Source: an uncultured Actinomycetota bacterium (lineage in GTDB: Bacteria > Actinomycetota > Actinomycetes > Actinomycetales > Microbacteriaceae). From it: 64,000 bases of DNA. The position numbers were made by a program, and so were the translations under genes. Position 1 is the first letter of the stretch; every line of letters starts with the position of its first letter. Location of the stretch: positions 5,079 to 69,078 of the forward strand of contig CAVYXT010000017.1 of the NCBI GenBank assembly GCA_963772625.1, written 5' to 3'. The notes beneath the pieces were generated by a model. It did no database searches. It saw nothing but the letters and a program-made list of their open reading frames with translations, and was not told the DNA's origin. Below, in pieces: positions 33,551-43,824 of the stretch.

Positions 33551-35745
33551 CGACCACGACTGACAACCTGCTGGACGCCGTCGCCGCGGGATCCCACCAC
33601 GACCCGCATTCTGTTCTCGGCATGCATCTCGGAACCGACGCAGAGGGGGCTCCCGAGTGGACGATCCGCGCTCGGCGCCCGCTGGCACAGAGCGTCACCG
33701 CGGTGTTCGCGGACGGCACGCGCGTTCCCCTCGAGCACGTTCGCGCGGGGATCTGGGAGGGCCAGAAGGCCGGCGACGGCGGCAAGTACCAGCTGATCAC
33801 GACGTACGACGACGCCCCGGACTACACGGCCGAGGACCCCTACCGCTTCGGACCCGGCATCGGCGAGCTCGACCTCCACCTGATTCGCGAGGGTCGCCAC
33901 GAAGAGCTCTGGCGAGTCCTGGGCGCGCATGTCCGCCAACTGGATGGAACGACCGGCACGTCCTTCACCGTGTGGGCCCCGAACGCGCAGGCGGTGCGCG
34001 TGGTGGGCGATTTCAACGAGTGGGACGGACCCGCCCACGCGATGCGGTCGATGGGCTCCAGCGGCGTCTGGGAGCTGTTCGTCCCCGCGCTCGGAGTGGG
34101 CACGGCGTACAAGTTCCAGCTGCTCTCGCGCCGCGGGGACTGGGTGCTCAAGGCCGACCCGATGGCACGGTTCGCCGAGGTGCCGCCGGCGACGGCATCC
34201 GTCGTCACGGACTCGTCCTACACGTGGTCGGATGCCGCTTGGTTGAAGCGCCGGGCGACCACGCAGCCGGTCTCCCAGCCGATGTCGATCTACGAGGTGC
34301 ATTTCGGGTCGTGGCGTCCGGGGCTCTCGTACCGCGACGGCGCTGATCAGCTGATCGACTACGTGACCGCGCAGGGCTTCACGCACATCGAGTTCCTCCC
34401 CCTCGCCGAGCACCCGTTCGGCGGTTCATGGGGCTACCAGGTGACGGGCTACTTCTCCCCCACCAGCCGCTTCGGGACGCCCGATGATCTGCGGTATCTG
34501 ATCGATCGGCTGCATCAGGCGGGCATCGGCGTGATCATGGACTGGGTTCCGGGTCACTTCCCGAAGGATTCCTTCGCGCTCGCGCGCTTCGACGGGGAGG
34601 CGCTGTACGAGCACCCCGATCCGCGTCGCGGCGAGCACCGCGAATGGGGCACGTACATCTTCGACTACGGCCGCCCGGAGGTGCGCAACTTCCTCGTGGC
34701 GAACGCCCTGTACTGGTTCGAGGAGTTCCACGTCGATGGCCTCCGTGTCGACGCGGTCGCCTCGATGCTCTACCTCGACTACTCCCGCGAGGCGGGCCAG
34801 TGGGCGCCGAACGTGCACGGCGGGCGCGAGAACCTCGAGGCGATCCACTTCCTGCAGGAGGTGACGGCGACCTCCTACAAGCGGTATCCCGGCATCTCGA
34901 TGATCGCCGAGGAGTCCACCAGCTTCCCCGGGGTCACGGCCCCCACGAGCGGGGCGGGGCTCGGGTTCGGGTTCAAGTGGAACATGGGCTGGATGAACGA
35001 CTCGCTGCAGTACATCTCCCGCGATCCGATGTACCGCTCCCACCACGAGGGCGAGCTTTCCTTCTCCTTCGTGTACGCCTTCAGCGAGAACTACGTGCTT
35101 CCGATCAGCCATGACGAGGTGGTCCACGGCAAGGGCAGCCTGTTCTCCCGGATGCCGGGAGACCACTGGCAGAAGCTCGCCAACATGCGCGCCTTCCTGG
35201 CCTACATGTGGGGTCACCCGGGCAAGCAGCTGCTGTTCATGGGCCAGGAGTTCGGTCAGCTCTCCGAGTGGGCCGAGGGGCGCGGACTGGATTGGTGGAT
35301 CCTCGACCAGCCCTCTCACGCCGAGCTGCACGGTTTCGTCGCCACGCTCAACCGTGTGTACCGGGACCACTCCGCATTGTGGGCGCGCGACAGCGACGGT
35401 GCGGCGTTCTCGCGGCTGGGAGCACCGTCGTGGAATCCGAACGTCATCGCCTTCTCGCGTCGGGACTGGCACGGCAACACCATCGTCGTCGTGTGCAACT
35501 TCTCCGGCGTGCCGGTGCACGGGTTCGCGCTCGATCTGCCCGAGTCGGGCGTCTGGCACGAGATCCTCAACTCGGACGCGCAGGCCTACGGCGGCTCGGG
35601 GGTCGGCAACCTCGGTGTCGTTCAGGCCGGCGAGTCAGGCCGCGCCGTGATGGTCCTGCCGCCGCTGGGCGTGCTGTGGCTGCGACATGACGCGCAGGCG
35701 CACCTGCCTGCGCAGAAGCGGTCGGATCGCCTGCTGCTGCCCTGA
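33547..35745 (+). CDS. glgB: 1,4-alpha-glucan branching enzyme
   Basis: IYEVHFGSW, GSWGYQVT, DWVPGHFP, GLRVDAVASMLY, AEEST and SHDEVVHGKGS motifs. Confidence 0.97.
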   Translation: MTTTTDNLLDAVAAGSHHDPHSVLGMHLGTDAEGAPEWTIRARRPLAQSVTAVFADGTRVPLEHVRAGIWEGQKAGDGGKYQLITTYDDAPDYTAEDPYRFGPGIGELDLHLIREGRHEELWRVLGAHVRQLDGTTGTSFTVWAPNAQAVRVVGDFNEWDGPAHAMRSMGSSGVWELFVPALGVGTAYKFQLLSRRGDWVLKADPMARFAEVPPATASVVTDSSYTWSDAAWLKRRATTQPVSQPMSIYEVHFGSWRPGLSYRDGADQLIDYVTAQGFTHIEFLPLAEHPFGGSWGYQVTGYFSPTSRFGTPDDLRYLIDRLHQAGIGVIMDWVPGHFPKDSFALARFDGEALYEHPDPRRGEHREWGTYIFDYGRPEVRNFLVANALYWFEEFHVDGLRVDAVASMLYLDYSREAGQWAPNVHGGRENLEAIHFLQEVTATSYKRYPGISMIAEESTSFPGVTAPTSGAGLGFGFKWNMGWMNDSLQYISRDPMYRSHHEGELSFSFVYAFSENYVLPISHDEVVHGKGSLFSRMPGDHWQKLANMRAFLAYMWGHPGKQLLFMGQEFGQLSEWAEGRGLDWWILDQPSHAELHGFVATLNRVYRDHSALWARDSDGAAFSRLGAPSWNPNVIAFSRRDWHGNTIVVVCNFSGVPVHGFALDLPESGVWHEILNSDAQAYGGSGVGNLGVVQAGESGRAVMVLPPLGVLWLRHDAQAHLPAQKRSDRLLLP

Positions 35746-35756
35746 CCCGGGTCGCG

Positions 35757-36692
35757 TCAGAACAGCAGCGAAGCCAGGCGTCCCCGAGCGCGGATCACGC
35801 GCGGCTCCGTGTCGCCGATGAGCGCGAAGAGCTCGAGGAGCCTCTCCCGCACCGCGCCGCGCTCGTCGGAGGGCAGCGCTGCGAACAGGTCGAGCAGCCG
35901 AGCGAACGCGTCGTCGACGTGGCCGCCGGCGAGGTCGAGATCGGCGACCGTGAACTGCGCCTCGATGTCGGCCGGTGCGGCTGCCGCGGCTGCGCGCGCG
36001 TCCTTCAGGTCGACGCCCTGAACGCGATCGAGAAGCTTGACCTGGCCCAGCCCGGCACGCGCCTCATCATCGCGGGGGTTCTCCGCAAGGGCCTTCTCAT
36101 AGGCGGCGATCGCGCGGGGGTAGTCGCCCGCTTCGATCGCGTCGAACGCCTCCGCGTGCAGAGGCGGCAGCTCGGGCTCAGCAGGCTCGACGTCCGTCGC
36201 GGCATCCTCTTCGGCTGCGGTGTCGATCGAACCCGTGACGCCGTTCTGCGCAGCGAGCTGCAGCAGCTGGGCGAAGACCTCGCGCACCTGCTGCTCCGGG
36301 ACGGCGCCGGTGAACAGCGGCACCGGCTGACCGGCGACCAGTGCCACGACGAGCGGGATCGACTGCGCGCGGAACGCCTGCGAGAGCTGCGGGTTGGCGT
36401 CGACGTCAACCTTCGCGAGCACGAGCCGACCCGCGAGCTCGGTGACGACACGCTCGAGGATGGGGCTGAGCTGCTTGCACGGTCCGCACCATTCCGCCCA
36501 CAGGTCGATCACGACCGGCACCGTGCGAGAGAGCTCGAGCAGCTGCGGGAACGTCTCGTCGGTGACATCCATCACGAGCGACGGAGCGGAAACCGGCGCG
36601 GCATCCCCGTCGGGCGCGGCGGCCGGCCGATTGCGGAGAGCGGACAGGTCTACGGCCCCGCGGAGCGCGGCACCGGGCGTGACGTCGGTCAA
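35757..36692 (-). CDS. Thioredoxin + TPR chaperedoxin (YbbN/CnoX-like)
   Basis: WAEWCGPCKQL thioredoxin motif followed by TPR helices; ends LASLLF. Confidence 0.88.
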   Translation of the reverse strand: MTDVTPGAALRGAVDLSALRNRPAAAPDGDAAPVSAPSLVMDVTDETFPQLLELSRTVPVVIDLWAEWCGPCKQLSPILERVVTELAGRLVLAKVDVDANPQLSQAFRAQSIPLVVALVAGQPVPLFTGAVPEQQVREVFAQLLQLAAQNGVTGSIDTAAEEDAATDVEPAEPELPPLHAEAFDAIEAGDYPRAIAAYEKALAENPRDDEARAGLGQVKLLDRVQGVDLKDARAAAAAAPADIEAQFTVADLDLAGGHVDDAFARLLDLFAALPSDERGAVRERLLELFALIGDTEPRVIRARGRLASLLF

Positions 36693-38530
36693 CTGATCAC
36701 CTTCGCGTCGAGGATCTCGGAACCGTATCCGAGCAGGCGGATCTTCTCCGACGAGCCCTGACCGGGCACATAGAAGAAGAGCTGGTCGCTGAATGTGGTG
36801 GTGAAGCCGGTCGCCGACTGCTCAGCGCCCGCGAGGGTGCGGACAGTCGGGTTGGTGTCCAGCTTGATGACCGCGTCGGCGTTGGTCGGCGCGACGGTGT
36901 CCACCTCGTTCACGTTGATGGCGACGATCGCGCCGCTTTCGAGCGTCGCGAGTGCGAGCGGCGGGTGCGCACCCGGCACCGACGTGAACGACAGGCTGCC
37001 GGTCGAGGCAGCCGTGGCGTTGAACTCGGTGAGGCGCTGCTCGCGGTCGGCCGCGACGCTGACACGGAACTGGTCGCCCTCGGCCTCGAACTGCTCGTAG
37101 AACTCGCTCGCTTCGCCGTTGTTGATGACATCTGCGTACGCGGCGGCCAGCTGGTCGGGTGGCATCACCAGGAACGACGAGTCCGGCGGCACCTGTGTCG
37201 CACCGACATAGACCGGGGCGAGGTCGGGCATCTGCGTCGCCGCTTCGAGGTTCGACAGGTAGGTCAGCTTGTACGGCGACCAGGCATCTTCCTGCGTCAT
37301 GAGCATGATGCTCGCCGTCTTGTCCTCGGCGTCGTTGACGACCGCCATCACCGAACGCGGCCAGCCGTCGTACGCCTGCGGCAGGACGATCTCCAGGGGC
37401 TTCGTCGGGATGGCGGCAGGCACCTTGTAGTCGGTGATCGCGCCGCGCAGCGTGTAGTTCGTCGCGCGTTCGGCCAGGACCGCACCGTCCAAGCGGGTCG
37501 CGGCCAGCGTCGGATCGAGGCTCGCGTCCGCGGTGGCGGCGGTCTCGGCGATGCGGGCGATGATGCGCTCCGCCTGGGCCTCGGTGACCGCGGGCGCCTG
37601 CTGGCCCTCCGGAACGATGACGGATGCCGTGGGACTGGGCGTCGGCGAGCCCGTGAACTGCGGCCAGGACTCGGCCGAGCAGCCGGCGAACAGGAGCGCG
37701 GAGACCGCGACGGCGGGGATGACGACGAAGGCCTTGCGTCCGCCGGTCAGCGAGCGACGCGTCGGGGTGGCGCTGATCACGCCCTTGTCCGCGCCCTCGA
37801 CGGAGACGTCGATCGGCTCGGTGACCGGCATCGGCAGACCCTTGCGGCGGGGGCCGCGTGAACGGCGGGCGTGACGGATGCCGAGGATGTACAGGAATAC
37901 GCCTGCCGCCATGAGGATGGCACCGGCCACGATGAGCGGGCCGGCCCACGGCGTGACGCTCGCGATCGGCCATGAGACGGCGACATCCGACGGGGCCGCG
38001 GCCTCCCCGTCCGTGGCGACGAGCACGCTCATCTCCTCGGGAAGCTGCAGCGGCGCGATCAGGAGGTCTTCCTGCTGGAACTCGTCCAGCCACAGATCCG
38101 AGCCGACGGGACTGCGCACAGCGGTGGCCGCCTCGGTCGCGGTGCCCGCTCCGGCAGCCGGGGTCGGAGCGGCCGTCGCCTCGCCCGCGGCGGCGCTGCC
38201 TTCGGCGGCCTCGGGAGTGACCTCCTCCGAGACGATCTCACCGCCTTCGAGCGAGACCTGGATGTAGGTCGTGTCGGCCAGCCATGCCTGCATGTCTGCA
38301 CTGCGACCATAAGCGGCGAAGATCTCGCCATCGCCCTGTGCGCGAAGCGTCTGAGCGCCCGGCATCATGTTGAGCACGTCGCCGTCGATCAGGAGGTACG
38401 GGGCCTCACCGGAGACGGAGATGTCGGCGGTTTCGGTCTCCGGGCCTTGGAAGACGGTGCGCTGGGCGATGCCTGCGCCGATCATCAACGCGGCGAGGAC
38501 GAACGCCGCTACGGCCCAAACGAAACGCAC
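36689..38530 (-). CDS. Large membrane-anchored hypothetical protein
   Basis: About 613-aa ORF with an N-terminal TM, a central TM (PWAGPLIVAG...) and an internal lipobox-like LLFAGC; stop overlaps the ybbN start. Confidence 0.75.
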   Translation of the reverse strand: MRFVWAVAAFVLAALMIGAGIAQRTVFQGPETETADISVSGEAPYLLIDGDVLNMMPGAQTLRAQGDGEIFAAYGRSADMQAWLADTTYIQVSLEGGEIVSEEVTPEAAEGSAAAGEATAAPTPAAGAGTATEAATAVRSPVGSDLWLDEFQQEDLLIAPLQLPEEMSVLVATDGEAAAPSDVAVSWPIASVTPWAGPLIVAGAILMAAGVFLYILGIRHARRSRGPRRKGLPMPVTEPIDVSVEGADKGVISATPTRRSLTGGRKAFVVIPAVAVSALLFAGCSAESWPQFTGSPTPSPTASVIVPEGQQAPAVTEAQAERIIARIAETAATADASLDPTLAATRLDGAVLAERATNYTLRGAITDYKVPAAIPTKPLEIVLPQAYDGWPRSVMAVVNDAEDKTASIMLMTQEDAWSPYKLTYLSNLEAATQMPDLAPVYVGATQVPPDSSFLVMPPDQLAAAYADVINNGEASEFYEQFEAEGDQFRVSVAADREQRLTEFNATAASTGSLSFTSVPGAHPPLALATLESGAIVAINVNEVDTVAPTNADAVIKLDTNPTVRTLAGAEQSATGFTTTFSDQLFFYVPGQGSSEKIRLLGYGSEILDAKVIS

Positions 38531-38707
38531 GGAAAACACCTCTCTGGAGCCGCGGGGGAATGCGGCGGGCCATCGACTCGACATTTCAGACTAGCGAAAC
38601 CCACCTGAATGTCGACCGGGAGGGACCAATCCCGGGACTGGGCGCCACCTGTGCATATCCTGACCTGACAAGGTTCGGCCGGAAGCCGAGAGAGGCTGGA
38701 TCGCCAC

Positions 38708-39754
38708 ATGAAGGTGCACAACCCGTTCCGCGTCGCGTTCGTCGCCACACTCGGCGTGGGGCTGGGACTGGTGCTGATCGGCAGCATCCAGACACTGTCG
38801 ACCATCCTTCTGTACGTGGGTACGGCGCTGTTCCTGAGCCTCGGCCTCGAACCGGCGATCTCCTTCCTGGAGCGGCGCAAGCTGCCGCGCTGGGCGGCCG
38901 TGCTCATCACGATCCTCGGCGTGCTGGCCGTCTTCGCAGGCATCGTGCTCATGCTGGTGCCCATCATCGCGAGCCAGATCAGCCAGCTGATCGAGGCGAT
39001 CACCGAGCTCGTCGAGCGCGGCACGACCCTCGACGACTTCAAGGAGTGGCTCGGCGGCATCTTCCCCAATCTGAACGTCGACGAGGTCTTCGCCTTCGTG
39101 CAGGACTGGATCGAGAACCTCGACTACGCGTCGATCGGCGAGGGTGTCCTCGCCGTCGGCGCGTCGGTGCTCGCCGGTCTCGCCGGCGCCTTCGTGGTCC
39201 TGATCCTCACCATCTACTTCACCGCCTCCACGCCCAACCTCAAGGCCGCCGTGTACCAGCTGGTGCCGGCGTCCCGGCGCGCTCGGTTCATCGACATCGC
39301 CGAGCAGATCACGAAGTCCGTCGGCTACTTCGTCATGGGCCAGGTGACGATGGGCGTCGTCAACGGTGTGCTGAGCGCGATCTTCCTCTCCATCATCGGT
39401 GCGCCGTTCCCGGTCGTGCTCGCCGTCGTCGCGTTCTTCTTCTCGCTGATCCCCCTGGTCGGCACGCTGACCGGCTCGGCGATCATCGTGCTCACCTGCC
39501 TCGGACTGGGGTCGCCGACCACAGCGCTGATCGCTGCGATCTACTACCTGATCTACATGCAGGTCGAGGCGTACGTGATCTCGCCGCGCATCATGAACCG
39601 AGCCGTGTCGGTTCCCGGAGCCGTCGTGGTGATCGCGGCATTGGCGGGCGGGTCGCTCCTGGGACTCCTCGGCGCACTCATCGCCATCCCGGTCGCCGCC
39701 AGCATCCTGATCATCTACCGGCAGGTCGTCATCCCGCGACAGAACGAGCGCTGA
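38708..39754 (+). CDS. AI-2E family transporter
   Basis: 348 aa, multi-TM; LIPLVGT, QVEAYVISPRIM and GALIAIPVAA motifs. Confidence 0.9.
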   Translation: MKVHNPFRVAFVATLGVGLGLVLIGSIQTLSTILLYVGTALFLSLGLEPAISFLERRKLPRWAAVLITILGVLAVFAGIVLMLVPIIASQISQLIEAITELVERGTTLDDFKEWLGGIFPNLNVDEVFAFVQDWIENLDYASIGEGVLAVGASVLAGLAGAFVVLILTIYFTASTPNLKAAVYQLVPASRRARFIDIAEQITKSVGYFVMGQVTMGVVNGVLSAIFLSIIGAPFPVVLAVVAFFFSLIPLVGTLTGSAIIVLTCLGLGSPTTALIAAIYYLIYMQVEAYVISPRIMNRAVSVPGAVVVIAALAGGSLLGLLGALIAIPVAASILIIYRQVVIPRQNER

Positions 39755-40480
39755 TCACTCCTGGCCGAGCGGACCGTCCCACTCGGTGGGCAGGGGCAGG
39801 GCGTCCGGATTGATGGCGGCCACGATCTCGGTGAGGACCCGGCGCGTCTGGTTCTCGCCGACCCAGAGGTGCTTGCCGCCTTCGACGGCGATCAGCACCG
39901 CGTCGGGAACGGCGGCGAAGCGCTCGGCCGCGGCATCCGGTCGGAGATAGTCGTCGAACTCCGGGACGATGACGATGACCCGCCGTGAGTCTCCCGCCCA
40001 CGCGGCGACCTCCTCCGGCGTCGTGCGATGCAGGGGCGGCGAAAGCAGGATGACGCCTTCGACGTCGTGATCGAGCCCGTACTTGAGCGCCACCTCGGTG
40101 CCGAACGACCAGCCGACCAGCCAGGGGCGCGGAAGCCGGCGCTGACGCACGAAGTCCATGGCCGCCGCGAGATCGAACGACTCCGCGCCGCCTCCGTCGA
40201 ACTCGCCTTCGCTCGTACCACGGGGAGACGAGGTTCCGCGGGTGTTGAAGCGCAGCACCGCGAGGTCGGCGAGGGCCGGCAGTCGCGCGGCGGACTTGCG
40301 CAGAATGTGGGAGTCCATGAATCCGCCGGCGGTCGGCAGCGGATGCAGCGTCACGAGCGTCGCGACGGCATCTCTTGCCTCCGGCAGCGCGAGTTCCCCG
40401 ACGAGAGTCAGATCGTCGAGCGTCCGCAGCTCGATCTCCTCCCGCCGCGCCGGCAGCAGCACGGGTCCGCGGATGTCCAC
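39755..40480 (-). CDS. Alpha/beta hydrolase
   Basis: TLHPLPTAGGFMDSH, RFNTRG, GWSFG nucleophile elbow and GGKHLWVG. Confidence 0.85.
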   Translation of the reverse strand: MDIRGPVLLPARREEIELRTLDDLTLVGELALPEARDAVATLVTLHPLPTAGGFMDSHILRKSAARLPALADLAVLRFNTRGTSSPRGTSEGEFDGGGAESFDLAAAMDFVRQRRLPRPWLVGWSFGTEVALKYGLDHDVEGVILLSPPLHRTTPEEVAAWAGDSRRVIVIVPEFDDYLRPDAAAERFAAVPDAVLIAVEGGKHLWVGENQTRRVLTEIVAAINPDALPLPTEWDGPLGQE

Positions 40481-40481
40481 G

Positions 40482-40766
40482 TCAGGCGATCCTCCAGCAG
40501 TGCGTGTGCCAGTGCCGTCGCGCCGCCAGGTCAGCCTCATCCCCGAGCACGCCGTCCGCGCGCCACACGACCAGATGCGCCGTTGTCGCCGCAACGGTGC
40601 GCCCGCATCCCGGGCACACGTAGGTCTTCGATGCCTGGGTGGCCGAGACGGGCTGAACCGTCCACTCGACGCCGCGGCGCACCTCGGAGCGCTTCCAGCC
40701 GCTCACCAGCCGCTCGAATGCCTCATCGCCGGTCTCCTCGGAGCGTCGGCGGTTCGACCGCGGCAT
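40482..40766 (-). CDS. Small actinobacterial protein with CPGC and HWH..CW motifs (possible Zn binding)
   Basis: MPRSNRRR...KTYVCPGCG...HLVVW...RRHWHTHCW. Confidence 0.75.
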   Translation of the reverse strand: MPRSNRRRSEETGDEAFERLVSGWKRSEVRRGVEWTVQPVSATQASKTYVCPGCGRTVAATTAHLVVWRADGVLGDEADLAARRHWHTHCWRIA

Positions 40767-40771
40767 GGGGC

Positions 40772-41551
40772 TCAGTACCAGCCGACGGATTCGGAGTGGT
40801 CCCAGGCTCCGCACGGACTGCCGTAGCGACCGCCGATGTAGTCGAGACCCCATGCGATCTGCGTGGCCGGATTGGTCTCCCAATCGGCGCCGTGGCTGGC
40901 CATCTTGCTGCCGGGAAGGGACTGCGGGATGCCGTACGCGCCGCTGCTGGCGTTGTACGCGTTCACGCGCCACCCCGACTCCCTGTTCCACAGGGCGACC
41001 AGGCAGCCGAACTGGTCGTCGCCCCACCCGCGGGCGAGCACCATCTCGTATGCGATGGCCTGCGCCGTTCCGGGGTCGGGCGTGACGAACGGCGGGCGCC
41101 ATCCGGACGACGAGGATTCGGACGAAGATTCCTCCGCCTCCTCCACCACCGGCTCGGGAGTGGGAGTGGGAGTGGGAGTGGGAGTCGGCTTGGGGGTGAC
41201 ATACACCGTGTACCCGGCGCGGTCGAGATCGACCGCCGCGGCGGCCGCATCGGCGGTGGAGTCGACGATCAGGCTCTGGGCATCGCCGAGAGTGCTCGAG
41301 TACAGGGTGATCGGAATACGCTCTTCGGCGCTGGCTTCGGAGAGCGCCACGCCGGTCGGACCGACGTACGCGGCGACGAAGCCGATCGCCGCGAAGGCGG
41401 CGAAAACCCCCAGCACGCCACGGCGGCGCGACCACTTCGGCGTGGGAGATTTTGCGCTGCGCGTCGGTGAGATCACCGCTTTCTCGTCCGGGCTCACCAG
41501 ATCCTGACGGGGCATCCGTCGGGCGGGAATCATCTCGTTGCCGGAAGTCAC
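40772..41551 (-). CDS. Lytic transglycosylase-domain protein
   Basis: TM helix, TP linker, then CLVALWNRESGW...AYGIPQSLPGSKM...NPATQIAWGLDYI...RYG. Confidence 0.85.
   Translation of the reverse strand: MTSGNEMIPARRMPRQDLVSPDEKAVISPTRSAKSPTPKWSRRRGVLGVFAAFAAIGFVAAYVGPTGVALSEASAEERIPITLYSSTLGDAQSLIVDSTADAAAAAVDLDRAGYTVYVTPKPTPTPTPTPTPEPVVEEAEESSSESSSSGWRPPFVTPDPGTAQAIAYEMVLARGWGDDQFGCLVALWNRESGWRVNAYNASSGAYGIPQSLPGSKMASHGADWETNPATQIAWGLDYIGGRYGSPCGAWDHSESVGWY
41156..41185. repeat. Hexamer tandem repeat (GGGAGT)x5 encoding a (TP)n linker
   Basis: Five perfect copies inside the lytic transglycosylase gene. Confidence 0.85.
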
Positions 41552-41608
41552 AGTGTTCCGAGTCTACCCGGGGAGGCGGGAAGGTGCCATTCGGGGTGGA
41601 TTCCGCCG

Positions 41609-42172
41609 TCATGCGACGGCGAGGATCACCTCGATGACGGCGTCGAGCACGGCATCGACCTGTGCCTCGCGATACCCGCCGCGCTGCATCCGGAACGCCA
41701 CCGCCCGCACCTGCTCGACGGTGACCGATTCACCGGTTTCCAGGTACTTGGCGAGTTTGTCGGCGACGAGATCGACTTCGTCGATCCGGTAGCCGTAACG
41801 GAGCGTCCCGACCCGGTCGAAGCGGTGTCCCTTCGGCCGGGAGAGGCGGTCGAGCACCACCTGCGCGGTTTCTCGCGTCTGTCCGACCCATGCGTGGACG
41901 CCGCTGCTGCTCACCGCCGCTTCGCGCTCACGCGCGGCGAATGCGTCCTCGATGCGCCCGAGTGCCGCGTCGACGGCGGTGATCACGTAACCGCGGCGGA
42001 CGATCGGAAAGGCCGCCCGGCGCACGTCGGCGGCGCTCATCGGCTCGGCGCCGTCCTCGAACGCTTCGCGCGCGCGAAGGAGGAAGGCGTCCACGGCGCG
42101 CTTCTCGTAGCCCTTCTCGGACCCATGGGTCTCGGTGAAGGTGATCCTGGTCGATTCGGAAGTCGTCATCAT
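41609..42172 (-). CDS. DivIVA-domain repeat protein
   Basis: Four GY-x4-VD-x2-L-like repeats (KGYEKRAVDAFL, RGYVITAVDAAL, YGYRIDEVDLVA, GGYREAQVDAVL). Confidence 0.85.
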   Translation of the reverse strand: MMTTSESTRITFTETHGSEKGYEKRAVDAFLLRAREAFEDGAEPMSAADVRRAAFPIVRRGYVITAVDAALGRIEDAFAAREREAAVSSSGVHAWVGQTRETAQVVLDRLSRPKGHRFDRVGTLRYGYRIDEVDLVADKLAKYLETGESVTVEQVRAVAFRMQRGGYREAQVDAVLDAVIEVILAVA

Positions 42173-43212
42173 GCCGCCAGCGGGGAGAACAGGTAGTACA
42201 GCGCAAGCGCGGCGACCACGGACGGGAGGATCGAGTCCAGCCGGTCGAGCACTCCCCCATGACCCGGCAGCCACGAGCTCATGTCCTTGATTCCGAGGTC
42301 GCGCTTGATCATCGACTCGCCGAGGTCGCCTGCCGTCGCTGTGCCGAGGACGACCGCGCCCAGCACGAGTCCGGTCCACCACGGCAGCCCCAGCATGAAC
42401 AGCGCGAGCAGCACGCCCGCGATGAGAGCGGCGAGTGCGGCACCGGCGAAGCCTTCCCAGGTCTTCTTGGGGCTGATGCGAGGCGCCATCGGATGCCTGC
42501 CGAACGCGACGCCGGCCGCGTACGCGCCCGTGTCGGAGGCGACGGCGATGATGATGAAGCCGAGGACCCACCACTCTCCGCCGTCCTGGCGCAGAAGGAT
42601 GAGGCACAGGCCGGTGAGGAAGGGCACATACAGCTGGATGAATCCGGCGGTGAGCGCGTCGCCGAGCACCGCTCCATAGATTCGGCCGTCTTTGGCGAAC
42701 ATCTGCGCCACGAGCCGCCAGACGATGACCAGGGCGACGGCAACGAACACCGCGACCCAGTGCAGCCACAGGCCGACGAAGAAGCCGGAGAGAGCGAGGA
42801 CGGCCCCGATCACCAGCTGCGGTACGAGATCGACCTTGCGGCCGGCGCCGATCAGCGCGCGTCCGAACTCGAAGATGCCCAGCAGACAGGCTGCCAGGGC
42901 GAACAGGACGAAGACCCACTTCAGGAAGATCAGTGACGCAATCAGCACCGCTCCGATGGCAAGCCCGATCAGGGTCGCCACGATCAGGTCGCGCCCGGTG
43001 CGCTGCTTGATGCGCTCATTCGCTTCTTCGAACTCGGCGCGCGCCTGCGCGACCTGGTTCTCGAACTCGCTGCGGGCGGCGCGGACGTGCTGCATCGCCG
43101 GGTTCGTGTCTCCCGCAGGTGTGGTTCTGCGCAGGCTCGCGGCGTCCCGCCTCGTCCGCGGCGCGTCCGGCGGCGGTTCGCCTGCCCGTGAATCGCCGGA
43201 TGCGTCGGTCAT
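42169..43212 (-). CDS. cdsA: Phosphatidate cytidylyltransferase
   Basis: SDTGAY, SPKKTWEG and DLGESMIKRDLGIKDMS...PGHGGVLDRLDS motifs. Confidence 0.95.
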   Translation of the reverse strand: MTDASGDSRAGEPPPDAPRTRRDAASLRRTTPAGDTNPAMQHVRAARSEFENQVAQARAEFEEANERIKQRTGRDLIVATLIGLAIGAVLIASLIFLKWVFVLFALAACLLGIFEFGRALIGAGRKVDLVPQLVIGAVLALSGFFVGLWLHWVAVFVAVALVIVWRLVAQMFAKDGRIYGAVLGDALTAGFIQLYVPFLTGLCLILLRQDGGEWWVLGFIIIAVASDTGAYAAGVAFGRHPMAPRISPKKTWEGFAGAALAALIAGVLLALFMLGLPWWTGLVLGAVVLGTATAGDLGESMIKRDLGIKDMSSWLPGHGGVLDRLDSILPSVVAALALYYLFSPLAA

Positions 43213-43217
43213 CAGCG

Positions 43218-43772
43218 TTAGACCTCGAGGAGTTCGGCCTCTTTGCGCTTGAGCGCGTCGTCGATCGCGTCGACGTGGGCGCGCGTCAGCGCGTCGAGTT
43301 CCTTCTCGGCGCGGGCGAGCTCGTCTTCTCCGATGTCGCTCTTGAGGCTGTCGAGGTCGTCCTTGGACTTGCGTCGGATGCCGCGCACGTGGACCTTCGC
43401 ATCCTCGCCCTTCGCGCGGACGAGCTTGACGAACTCGCGGCGACGCTCCTCCGTGAGTTCGGGGAGGGTCACGCGCAGGAGGTTGCCGTCGTTCGTCGGG
43501 TTCGCGCCGAGGTTCGGGGTGTCGCGGATGGCCTGCTCGATCGCCTTGAGCGCCGACTTGTCGTACGGCGTGACCACGAGCGTGCGCGCCTCGGGATTGT
43601 TCAGCGACGCCAGCTGGGCGAGCGGAGTCGGGGTGCCGTAATAGTCGACCAGGATCTTCTGGAACAGCTGGGGGTTGGCACGTCCGGTGCGGACGGTCGC
43701 GAAGTCGTCCTTCGCACCTTCGACGGCGCGATCCATGCGCGATCCGGCATCGGCCAAGACGTCGGCGATCAC
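43218..43772 (-). CDS. frr: Ribosome recycling factor
   Basis: [26 protein letters not shown] and KVHVRGIRR motifs. Confidence 0.97.
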   Translation of the reverse strand: MIADVLADAGSRMDRAVEGAKDDFATVRTGRANPQLFQKILVDYYGTPTPLAQLASLNNPEARTLVVTPYDKSALKAIEQAIRDTPNLGANPTNDGNLLRVTLPELTEERRREFVKLVRAKGEDAKVHVRGIRRKSKDDLDSLKSDIGEDELARAEKELDALTRAHVDAIDDALKRKEAELLEV

Positions 43773-43824
43773 AGTGACTCCAATCGGTAGATCCAGCGCG
43801 CTCAGTCTAGTCGCGCCCCCGCCG

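Noticed and set aside
41156-41185. (GGGAGT)5 as a phase-variation tract
   Set aside because: The unit length of 6 keeps the frame; it only encodes a Thr-Pro linker.
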